Positions 54,117 through 64,000 of a DNA stretch of 64,000 bases are shown here, piece by piece (position 1 is the first letter of the stretch; each line of letters starts with the position of its first letter). The stretch is from Perkinsus olseni (taxonomy: Eukaryota). The stretch is taken from NCBI GenBank assembly GCA_013115125.1, contig JABANN010000009.1, positions 1-64,000 of the forward strand. Direction: 5' to 3'. The translations under genes were made by a program, and so were the position numbers. Under the pieces are notes generated by a model. It saw nothing but the letters and a program-made list of their open reading frames with translations, ran no database searches and was not told where the DNA came from.

Positions 54117-54383
54117 TCAAACCGCGTCATCGCAGTTGCCAGACTCCAAAGTTGCAGCTTGTCCCGAGAAATAAGTCACCATGGTGTTGGTCATATTGTT
54201 GTACAGAAATGTGGACAAGTCGTCATCTTTCGTAGTGCAACATTGGAGAAGAAGGCCATGTGATTTGAACACACAACTTGTGTGACACGAGTCGTCGTCG
54301 TAGTCAATCAGGTTGTAATACTGCCCACCCAGACCAGAGAAGCCTGTGGCTAGCGTGATGCAAAGAACAGTGAGGGCCAACAT
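54117..54383 (-). CDS. Possible small secreted protein or gene fragment
   Basis: Signal-peptide-like MLALTVLCITLATGFSGLG followed by a Cys-containing segment; no family recognised, may be a relic. Confidence 0.3.
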   Translation of the reverse strand: MLALTVLCITLATGFSGLGGQYYNLIDYDDDSCHTSCVFKSHGLLLQCCTTKDDDLSTFLYNNMTNTMVTYFSGQAATLESGNCDDAV

Positions 54384-56314
54384 GTGAGAACGGGGCGAGA
54401 CAGAGCTGACCAGTGAAGCCGTTATAGTAATGGCATTTGCAGAATTGTGAAATCAGACGCGATAGGAGCTCAGGGAGAACGTTGAAAACGAACGGCTTTG
54501 TTGATCGCCTTCTGTGAACCCTTTCGGTTAATATATATTCCACGGTCTTCCAGATTAACAACTGGAAACACTGGTCCAGACTTGTAGTAATAACAATATC
54601 AATAACCACTATGATAGAGAATACCCACTTTCTATCACAATATATAACGACGTAGGTGGTAGATGATAACCACCAATGTAATAAGTAATCACAGCTTACT
54701 TCATGATTAATGATTGAATCGGATTCAATGAATCCACAGCTTGCGTACTAGCGTCAGGAATCCTGACTCAGGATACTCAAGCCACCCACAGAGTGTCCCG
54801 AGGACATCAGAATGGGGGGAAAAGGAGACAATCTACACAATTGTCAAGACTTCATCATGTGTGTCCTTTTGGGACGCAACAGCTTCAATACGTAGCGTGA
54901 CGAGGAATCCACGCCGTTGCCGGGACAATTGGGCGCACAGAGAACAGACGTAGGTGACAACATTGGGATTTATGGTACGCAGCAGCAATGGATGTAGTTG
55001 TCACTATAGTGCACGAGCGTGGTTCGTGCTCCATGTCGTAGTTGCGCGCTAGCGCTGGCATGCAGATAAGAATCTTCTGAGATGTAGGTAATACCTAGTA
55101 CTTGAAGCGTACATACCTGGTACTAGCAGCCTGTGGTGTACGGACTTCTTACAAAAGGCCTTTGAACTGTCGTTACTTCGTTCGCCTAGAGTTCTGTGAG
55201 GCACAGCCTCAGACAAATTGAGAACTAGCGAGGGCTGTCCGGAAGTAGCAGGTGTGCTAAGAGTTGCTCGCCAACGCACGCGATGTATCACAACCTGTCC
55301 AGAGCAGATTCGGGGAATGATCAACTACGCCATAGGCGTGTGTGTGAGTTTATAGTCCAACGCCGGCTGTTCCGGCTTAGACTCTTGACGATGTGCACAG
55401 TTGGGAAATCACTGTAGCTTGATAATATCAAGTTGATATGCAGTGCAATCAGATGGCCCGTCAAGAAACCTTCCTCAGGGGTACGAACAGAGGGGCTTCG
55501 CTCCCTCCTTGCAGGATCCGCTTACACATCCGACGGGCTGTGGTGTTTCAAGCGTTTGAGGCAAACTGTCGAAAAAGTGGTACCACTTCATAGTGCGAGA
55601 TGGCGCACCCAATCCCTCGTTTGCCACACCATGCAGCCTGTACGACATATATTTCTGACTTGGACAGGTTGAATCAGAGGTTCCGAAAAACCGTGCCATC
55701 ATACTCAAGCATGAAGGTAAGTTCACCGAAACTTCACAGCGCAACGTGACACCATGTATTCTAATAATCGAAAAAACTTCGACAATTTACTCACTTGAAA
55801 GCGTGTGCAATAAGCTCAAATACTTGCACTCTCAAAGAGGTTTTTGGGACGGACTCGAAAACCCGTTCCTGCTCTATCAGGCACTCCGGCTACTTCCTCT
55901 GCTCGATCGCGGCGTACGCAGCAGATGTAGCGTTGAACCAATGTGCGGAAGCACTGCTCGCTTTGTTGTGCGCAGTTCCGGTGTAGTCCATTCTGTTGGG
56001 TCCTTCCGTTGCTTCTTCCAGTACTTTTTGAGGGCTCATCCGTCAGTCCAGGGTTCAATCAACTTCGGTGCCGATCACAGAATGTGTCAAGCCCGACGTC
56101 GAGCATTCTCATGGTTTATCCTTTTCTCGGTGACACAACAGCAGAGCGAGGAAAGACCGAGTTCATCGCTGGAGAGACAACTCTCGTTGATTTTCCGTCA
56201 CGACTGTCACTCAATTCACGAACTCAATCCAGTCGCCCTGCGCACCACGCTGTGATGAGAAGAAAGAAAGACGCCGTGGCTTCCATGACGGCATCGAACA
56301 CAGACGGCGGAAGG

Positions 56315-57487
56315 CTAGGAGGCCAAAGTACCATTGATGAGAGCGTAACCTCCAAAGCAGACTCTGAGTGCATATCGGAGGTACAAAGAAAGAAGAAAAG
56401 AGGGGCTACCCTCCCATGGCCGAGATAGCTTTGAGCTAGGGAAGAAAGTAAATTTTATATACGTTGCCAGGTTGGAAGCATCACCACCGCAATGTAACAT
56501 GGCTATAAAGATATTAGATAGAGGTGTCAGTATCTGAGAGTATACGAACTGAGCTTCGATGGAGGAACGGCCACCAGAGAGCAGTCCTCACTTACCAAGA
56601 GCTGTACGAAGATCAGTGCTCCAATGAAGGCACACGTGTAGGCCTTCCCGATGACGACCGCCGTAGTTCTCTTGCCGCTACGAGCATCACAGTCAATGTC
56701 GGCAAGATCGGCTAGCATTTGGTTGGTCACAGCTGACGCTACATAAAATACGCAGGGGCCTAAAGAAAAATATACGGGAGGATGTGCTGATCAGCTGCTC
56801 CTGGTTCAAGGCTCCGCAAGATGATTGTACCGCCTGATTCTGATTTTTACCGATTCTGGGTGACGGGATGCGATTTAGATGGCATGCGAATAAAACCAAA
56901 GTGATCATTCCCGCTGGGTTAAAAGGAAGATCCCATGAAGCCTTCCTTGAGAAGGCGAAGGGCTCAAAGTTATACAGAATATTCAGGCCAAGAGCCACAG
57001 CCAAAAACAGGGGGTAGAGGACCCAGTCACCAGTGATTATTAATATGATGAGGATAGGTATTAAGTTAGATACCAATATCACTCCCCACAGACCGACGAG
57101 CTCAGATTCAGTGGCCTGGTTGCCATAGTAGTTGATCGATTTAGTGGGGTTGTACTTGTCAACGTCGGTATCGGCCATGTCATTAATGCCAAACATCAGG
57201 ATGTTGACCGGAAAGGTGAAGTAGAGGAGGCCGAGCCAAAACCTCCACGTCGCCAGATGGTCCAATCGACCGCCGAGAGGGAAGAGATAATACGGAACGA
57301 TGCGGAACCATATAATGGGCCGTGATACCTTCAGGTAGAAGTTGACACGGGAGAGGTCCAAAATAGGAAGAGGAGTATTGACAGAAATACGCTGTAATCG
57401 GTATTGAAGCCCATTGAACGGGAGCTCACTTCTATAAAGAAACGGTAATCTAACGCTGCTGACACAAACGGTTGCGCCGCACCTCAT
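56315..57487 (-). CDS. UbiA-family prenyltransferase, CrtEb/LyeJ-like, copy 4 (3 exons); start uncertain
   Basis: VSRPIIW...GINDMADTDVDKYNPTK...ADLADIDCDARSGKRTTAVVIG...MLHCGGDAS; the Met residues of copy 3 (MSTPLPML) read VNTPLPIL here, and the nearest upstream in-frame ATG is at about 57487. Confidence 0.78.
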
Positions 57488-58095
57488 GTGAAACAATTTA
57501 GACGAAGTTGTATGAATGTTGGTGCTGCAGTGAATTTGACTTCGATGAGATTCCAGGCCTGGGGGTGGCCCAGTGAACTGCTCTCGAAGCGCAGGACAGA
57601 TCCTGGAATGCTCAGTAAGCATCTTCTGGAGAAGAATCACTGGTTCCGATGAGAGCTCTCCTCGCTAGGCCTAGGGACGATTCGCTAGCCAAATAATCCC
57701 TTATTCTCTTCGTCAGGCCTAGCGACACTCGTGTAGCTCAACTGACCCCTAACTGATCTCGTTCTCAGAGCCTCGTTGGAAGATCCGTTTTTGGCAACTC
57801 GTCCATGTCGGACGTATTCCCACGCCAATGGGGCATAGGCTATGGCTGTAGGCTACAGGCACGTTCTCCTGCTGCTCCTGCGGCTAGGCCTCCACCGACC
57901 TCCCGTGGTTCACAGGTACTGGTCGGGCCCCTTTTTCGGAGTACCCATGGCCGTGAGCTCGACCAACGAGCTGTGGACACTCGCTATCCTTCAAACGTTT
58001 CAACCAAGGGCCAGGCGTTACAGCAAGATGGGTAAAGGAGTTTACGGATGCTACATCAGCACGATACTACATGGATCGCTGCAGAAGAGCACAAG

Positions 58096-58175
58096 TGACA
58101 GCTGTGGGGTTCGAACCCACGCCCTTTCGGACTGGCGCCTTAAGCCAGCGCCTTAGACCACTCGGCCAAACTGTC
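58096..58175 (-). tRNA. trnL-AAG: tRNA-Leu(AAG), identical to the copy at 10505-10584
   Basis: 80/80 identical to 10505-10584; same cloverleaf. Confidence 0.95.
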
Positions 58176-58806
58176 GATGATGCAATGCTTAAAACTGCAC
58201 CTTCCATCTCCCGCAAGACCTGTTACCTGCAGAATGAGTATGCGAGATGCAGACAAGTAAGACAGGAGAGCGACGACACGCATGCACAGTCCCACTGTAC
58301 ATGCGTGCTGACAACTTGAACGTGCGAAACGAAAGTGACTGTCGATGAAGTCGAAAGAGCTCTGGCTGATTCGCCTGGCCTCGCAGCGGTAGTTACATTC
58401 GCTTCCGCCACAACCCGGCGAGGTGCTCGTGCTACTATCCTAGACCAACACAACCACCAGAAGGGTCTTACGGGTAGCGGAGTGCCGACGCCTCTCGAAC
58501 GTACAGGCAGGTAGTTCCTAGCCCGAATGCATCAGAAATGGAAGTCGGTTCGTGAATTCTTGAGTAGCGTAACGCACGGCTTCGATCCTCTTTCATTCAC
58601 GGAGTTGGAGAAGACATTCTCTAGCGAGAGGCGTCCGAGAACTTCGAACGAAGAACACCACCATAGCCAGCGAATGTAGAACTAGACCCACGTTCTCTCG
58701 CATCAAGTAGTCAATAGACACTCGAAATTTGACGAGAAAATCCTGAAAGAAATTTGAAAGAACACAACATCGCCCTGTGACAAGAAACAAGTAACATCAA
58801 CAGTTT

Positions 58807-60790
58807 CTAAAGCTCCTCTCTGTCGGCCTGTCCTCCTTCCTCCTGCGCATCGAAATGGGAGCACCATTCTTCCTCAGCTCCGAGGCTCGCCACGCACCAC
58901 TTTCTCCACTTCTGCCGGAGTTCAGGCAAACCTGCTAAATCCACTTATCGCATTACTACCGCGCTAGCCTACCTGTCCGCAATTCCACCATCGGGGGTTC
59001 CTCACTAAGGCCAGCCGCGGCCTCCAAAAACTCGATAACTCGCGAGGATTCGTCGAGAGAGTAACCCGACTGGTCAGACATCAGTCCCTGCGCCAAGTCC
59101 CGTACCGCCAAAATCTGACGAAGAGCGGTCTATCGATATCACTGTACTCATCCTGGCCGTTCCTTTCTTGTGCATGCGTGCATTAGTTGATAGTATCAAC
59201 TTGATACCCCTCCAGAAAATAAACTTGAACAACTCTATTCATTCTTCCTCATGATACGTTGCTCGATCAGCGACAGGCTTCGATAGCATACCTGGTCCTC
59301 GCCCAACCACTGAATGATGGTAGTGTTGTCATGAGAATGACTATCCTGTTGCTGCTGCACAACTGTGCTCAACAACGTCGCCACCTTCGACCCGACCGCC
59401 GGTCCATATTCACCTAGGAGCCAAGACGTTCAAAAGCCGCCAAGGAGGGCTGCATAATGGGTTGAAGCACGACACGAAGGGAGATCCGGAGACGATAGAA
59501 GGCGACATTACTGAATGCCTTTTAGGACTCCATGTCGAGTAGATAGATGGAAAAGGAGTATTAACCGAGGATTATAAGAGCTACGCCAAATGTGTGCTCC
59601 GTCGACAAGGTCCAATAGAACCGAGTGCGTCATCAACAGCAGTACTCCGCGTAGCTGACTCGCATAACGCAAACAATTTTACCCTACGTGGCTAGGTGAT
59701 AATGACCAACTATCGCGTCTATGAGACGTCAACAACAGCCAATCGAACCGTCCGTTCACCGGCTCTGTCACACTAGCTGCGCGCCATTTCGTCCACTCAA
59801 TCTACTCATTTACGTTCTAGTGCTACATTATTTACAACAAGATAGAGTGAGCCCTGGAACTTACCAAAATGGTCCAACAACTCCTTGAAGCGGCCTCCCT
59901 CCCCAGCAGTCTCTTGAAGAGCCAAGTTGTTCCGGAGCAGCGCCGAGAGACAAAACGCAGCTTTGCTCGCCAAGGAAGTCTCGCCACTTCGAACGGAATC
60001 ATACAGCGTGTCAAACCTATCAGGAAATAGTCAGCATCAGCTCCGCAGAGCCGAAAAGCCTACATCACGTCGAGTGCCCGGGGGAACTCCTCCAGTAGAG
60101 TTGCCTGCACCACTTCGTTGTTGCTCATGGCCGTTCCCAACACCCAGCCAGCCGCCGTCCGCTCCTGCAGAGTCACACTCCCAGCGCGATGATGGTTTCA
60201 CGCTGGTCACCTCGGTAGTAGCATTCCTTTCATCACCGTTAAAGAGATGAAACAGGGGCCTCAGCCCACCCATGGTGTTGAGGTTGACAGCGTTATCGAC
60301 TTGCGAGACGAAGTCCACCAGTTGCTCCAGCCATTCCACACGCTGCCCGACCGTTTGATTCACCGGACGTTCAACCTGAGCGAAGCGCGATGAACTGAAG
60401 GCCATCAGTACCGCACGCTCACCAAAACTTGAGTGACGATAGTCTGCATAACAGTAGCAGGGTCGGTCATGAAGTCACGAATGAAGTCCTCGCCGAAAAC
60501 GTCCGCTATTGTCTTGCCCGACTTCCTGTACTCTTCCGCGAGCTGAAATTTCAACTGTCACCAAGAGCCCGCTTTCGAAAAGATACCTCTTTCATCCGAG
60601 CTGGGTCGGAGTACCGGATCGAGGCATGCAGGAGATCTTCGAGACCTTCAGAGTCCTTGCCCTGCTGCAAAGGGACGCCGGGCTCCTCTTCCTCGTCTCC
60701 TTCGACGGGAACGAGCTGGAGCCCTCCGGTCTCCGCTTCGCCGAGTGACAACAGGGAGACCAATAAGAGTAGTATACAGTGAGTTCGCAT
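58807..60790 (-). CDS. SIL1: SIL1/Fes1/HspBP1-like Hsp70 nucleotide-exchange factor, ER-type; multi-exon
   Basis: Signal peptide MRTHCILLLLVSLLSLGEA; LLHASIRYSDP; LEQLVDFVSQVDNAVNLNTMGGL; AAGWVLGTAMSNNEVVQ; KAAFCLSALLRNN (armadillo-type NEF motifs); last exon ends GQADREEL* (KDEL-like). Confidence 0.8.
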
Positions 60791-60946
60791 GAGGGGTAAC
60801 TGCTAGGCAACCGAGGTCAACACAGAATAAAAGATTCCCCAACGCAAGTCTACAGAGACTGCGATGAATTGGAGCGACAGTCGGTGGTCTCAGTAGTGAG
60901 AGACGTGGCGATTGTAGCGTGTACAGCATGATGCATAACTTATGCA

Positions 60947-63093
60947 GCATAAGGAGAGGAGGAGAGGCCAATCACTCGCCGTTCTTGAGGATTCCCAGCG
61001 CCACACCAGCAGTGACGCGGCGCTCCGGGCGATAGCACAGCAGTCGAAGCAGGACCGTCTTCAGCGGGGGCTTCAGACACGCTCGACTTTTCCACGATCG
61101 CGCGCTGCTCTTGTATATAAACCTAGCAGGCATGCGGTTCGAAAGAAGGTTATGACGACTTGCCCGTTGCCATCTTCGTCCTCGGTCACCGAAATGGTAG
61201 CGTTACACAGAGCTCGAGCTTCCTGGCCAACGATGCTAGCGGGGATGAGTGGTGCGACGAAGACGAGGTCGTGCCTGTGACCAGTCTGGCAAAGTACGGG
61301 AGGACTTTACTCACACACAGAACGCTGCCGCAAGAAAACATATCGGCCTTCAGCCAGTCGACTTTCGAGCTCTTCTGCAACACCTCGGGAGCTGCATAGC
61401 CGATCGTTCCGCATCGCTCCTGTGCTGACCGAACGTCGGTGAGCTTTAGCGCGTATCCAAGGTCGCAGAAGGTCAAAGACGGAAGAGGTCCGAGTGCTTT
61501 TAGGAGAAGATTCTCCGGTTTGATATCCCGGTGAGCGATCTCCAAGGCGTGGATTGTTTCCACTGCCTTCAACAGCGAAACCAGCAAGGACCCGATCGTC
61601 CTTTCATGAAGACCCTGATTGTGATGTGACATAAAAGCATGCAGATCGCCATGGACCATCAGCTTGGTGACCAGGAAGAGACGACGGTCGAGTCGCCATA
61701 CTCCTCTGTACTCGACCACAGACTCAGGCAAGGCTTTTGCGAGTAAGGCGTGGATCTCCATTTCGCGGCGTAGTCGTTCAAGGTCGTCCTCTCTTGACGA
61801 AAAATGCAAGGCCTGGCGGTCCTCGAGCACCTGCACAGTGGCTTCTGGCAGGAGGACTCTCCTCGGTTTACCTTTTGCATTTGGTTCCTGTTGGCAACGA
61901 GGATAGCACCACAGGAGACGAAGAGCCTCGCAAGCTCGATCGCACTGGGTGCCGAGTTACAGCGCAGAACCCACTCCCCAAGCTGGATTCGATCAGGAGC
62001 AGGGAAGGTAAGGTCTAAGGGGACGGAGAAAGCATTCGGTCGGCCATGAATCGCCTCCTGCTGGATCGAGCACGCTAGCAAGCCGCTAGCTGTATTCCGA
62101 TAATGGTCGGTTGTCAGGGGCTTTTCATGCAAGTTATCCGCAGACAAAAAGCTGGTATGAATTAATAATAGTTTAATCCTAGTGATGGTTATCACAGGTT
62201 AGAACCACTTCAATCGTTTTCTGGTCACCAGCAGATGAAAGACCAACCGCAACAGGAAAGAATTTTCTCTTTTTTCCATACTCAGAACTTCTGAGTAAGA
62301 ATTGTGTCCAATGTCCCCCTTCCGAGTCAGACGGGCTGCTCGAAAATTACGTGAAATTAATGACCCGTGAACGGCCTTCGGACATACATCGGAGCACACA
62401 TGACGATGATGATAATTATGTTCATCTAAGGATTATATTCACGCTCTCTTGGCTTCCGGGTGGTTACACTCAGTAGCCACAGAACCCATCAAAACTCCGC
62501 CGAAAGCAGCAAGAAGGGCAACGGCCACCTTGTGTTGGTATAGAGATGACCGTCTGCACTGTCTCACGATCATCTCCGACCACCAGGAAAAAATCGCCGT
62601 TCTCGCGGAGAAGTCTGAGGCAGCAGCATGTGTACGGCAGTAGTCGTTGGCTCTATACAAAGGGGGACGACAGGGCGACGGAGCGATCGGAAAAGTTTGG
62701 TGATTTCGACCGAATAGAATTTTTCACGGGAGGAGCTCGGCGAAAAAAGAGATAACACCAGCAAGAAAAGCTCTACAGCCATAATTACACAGCGCATTGA
62801 GGGATCCAAGTTTTTTGAGAAAAGCGGACGGAAAGGTATTCATGCCCATCGAAGGCTGACCTCAAGGAAAGTACAGTCTGTCTGTTGTACAGCAGTCCTT
62901 TCAAGGTGGCACTCCTCATGGTGATGACCGATCCAAAGCAGTCAGGCCTCTCTGAGTCATCAATCATGGGAGCGGCTCTGAAATGCTGTCGAGGCAGCAG
63001 TTTCCTGAGCATCCCCTCCTGCACGAGTACTTCAACCACCGGTCTCGAGAAAAGAATCTCGCCTCTGGCTATTCGACAAGCTCTGAAACCCAA
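60947..63093 (-). CDS. Ser/Thr protein kinase (CAMK-like) with an N-terminal extension; multi-exon; ends approximate
   Basis: ORF 61186-61836: REMEIH, HGDLH, IAHRDIKPENLLL, CDLG (DFG variant), CGTIGYAAPEVL, ADMFSCG. Confidence 0.82.
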
Positions 63094-64000
63094 TGCCCCC
63101 TGAAGAACTCATTCGTTGTTCGATCGAACAACGGTCAAGCCAGTCAATATAGATGTGTTCCTCGATGTTAACGTAGATAGAGCCTCAGGCTGGAAGTCCA
63201 GCTACAATAACACTGATGAAGCCATCAGCTAGGGCTAGGGTTCCATAGTTGTGAACCGCCAAGACTGCAGGGCTGGACTAACTGTAGAGGACTCAGGAAG
63301 GTTGCAGCCAGGTTCCCCACCATGTTAACGATCAGGAAGCTCAAGCGGTAAATGCTTAGGGGAATCGAGAGATCCTATCTATCGTCACACTGATAAAGTC
63401 AGCAACTAGCGTCAGGCCAAGCTTAGGTTTCATAGTTGTGCGCTTGCACGTGCACTACCTCATGGCGGTAGGTGTAGTTATGGGACATAACATAACTATT
63501 AGGCCCACAGTGAACTAGATAGAGCAGATAGAAAGTAGAGTAGTTGAGAGAGTAGATTGACAATACAAAGCTAGTATGGGCACAGCTAGATTGTGTTATG
63601 TGGACAGTGCACACAACTGCACTGGTCAACGGCTACTTCAACCCAAGGGCCCGACTCGAACCCAAGACCGGCTGGTGATGGTAAAAGACTCAGAGATTGT
63701 TGTGGTTGTTATTATTGTTGTTGTTAAGATTGTTAAGCAATGGTCATCAGTAAATTGAAAGACAATCGCTCTCCATCGGTTACGAAGTCAACGTGATAAC
63801 CAACACTACGGCTCATCCTTCTATAATGTACAAGCTACGATGACTGTGTGATGAGGGATGGGCAGGGAAAGGCTCAGAGTCAACAATGAGGGCAGCATGA
63901 CGAAAATGAGGACAACAGAATTCACTGCGACTGCTGATCTTGGCTTGACTCCCCTTGCGAATCTTTCTCAGGATGTCTGTTCTCGAACGGGTGGACCTGG

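Noticed and set aside
1-64000. Spliced-leader (CCGTAGCCATYTTGGCTCAAG) gene or relic
   Set aside because: No convincing match found by eye on either strand, including upstream of intronless PGK.

Overview
Gene-dense eukaryotic DNA with many short (about 50-60 nt) GT-AG introns, at least one GC-AG intron, and very short intergenic distances. Intron size, codon usage and gene families suggest an alveolate, most likely Perkinsus (inference). In order: V-ATPase subunit B, a cathepsin L-like protease with a Cys-rich C-terminal extension, a hypothetical gene, a tubulin-tyrosine-ligase-like gene hosting an intronic tRNA-Leu, intronless PGK, a DUF488 gene, a RING-H2 gene, a degenerate Mut-7/EXD-type 3'-5' exonuclease hosting an intronic tRNA-Arg, a decayed TIR-like membrane pseudogene, a 24 kb axonemal outer-arm beta-type dynein heavy chain, four UbiA-family prenyltransferases resembling bacterial/haloarchaeal lycopene elongases (CrtEb/LyeJ) interleaved with repeat debris, a second identical tRNA-Leu, a SIL1/Fes1-like ER nucleotide-exchange factor and a Ser/Thr kinase. 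The most unusual signals are (1) the CrtEb/LyeJ-like prenyltransferase cluster and (2) a dispersed 14-bp motif G(T/A)ATCTTAGGT(T/C)GA plus about 10-bp periodic A/T tracts concentrated in the dynein introns. Exon models were read by eye, so boundaries of several genes are approximate.
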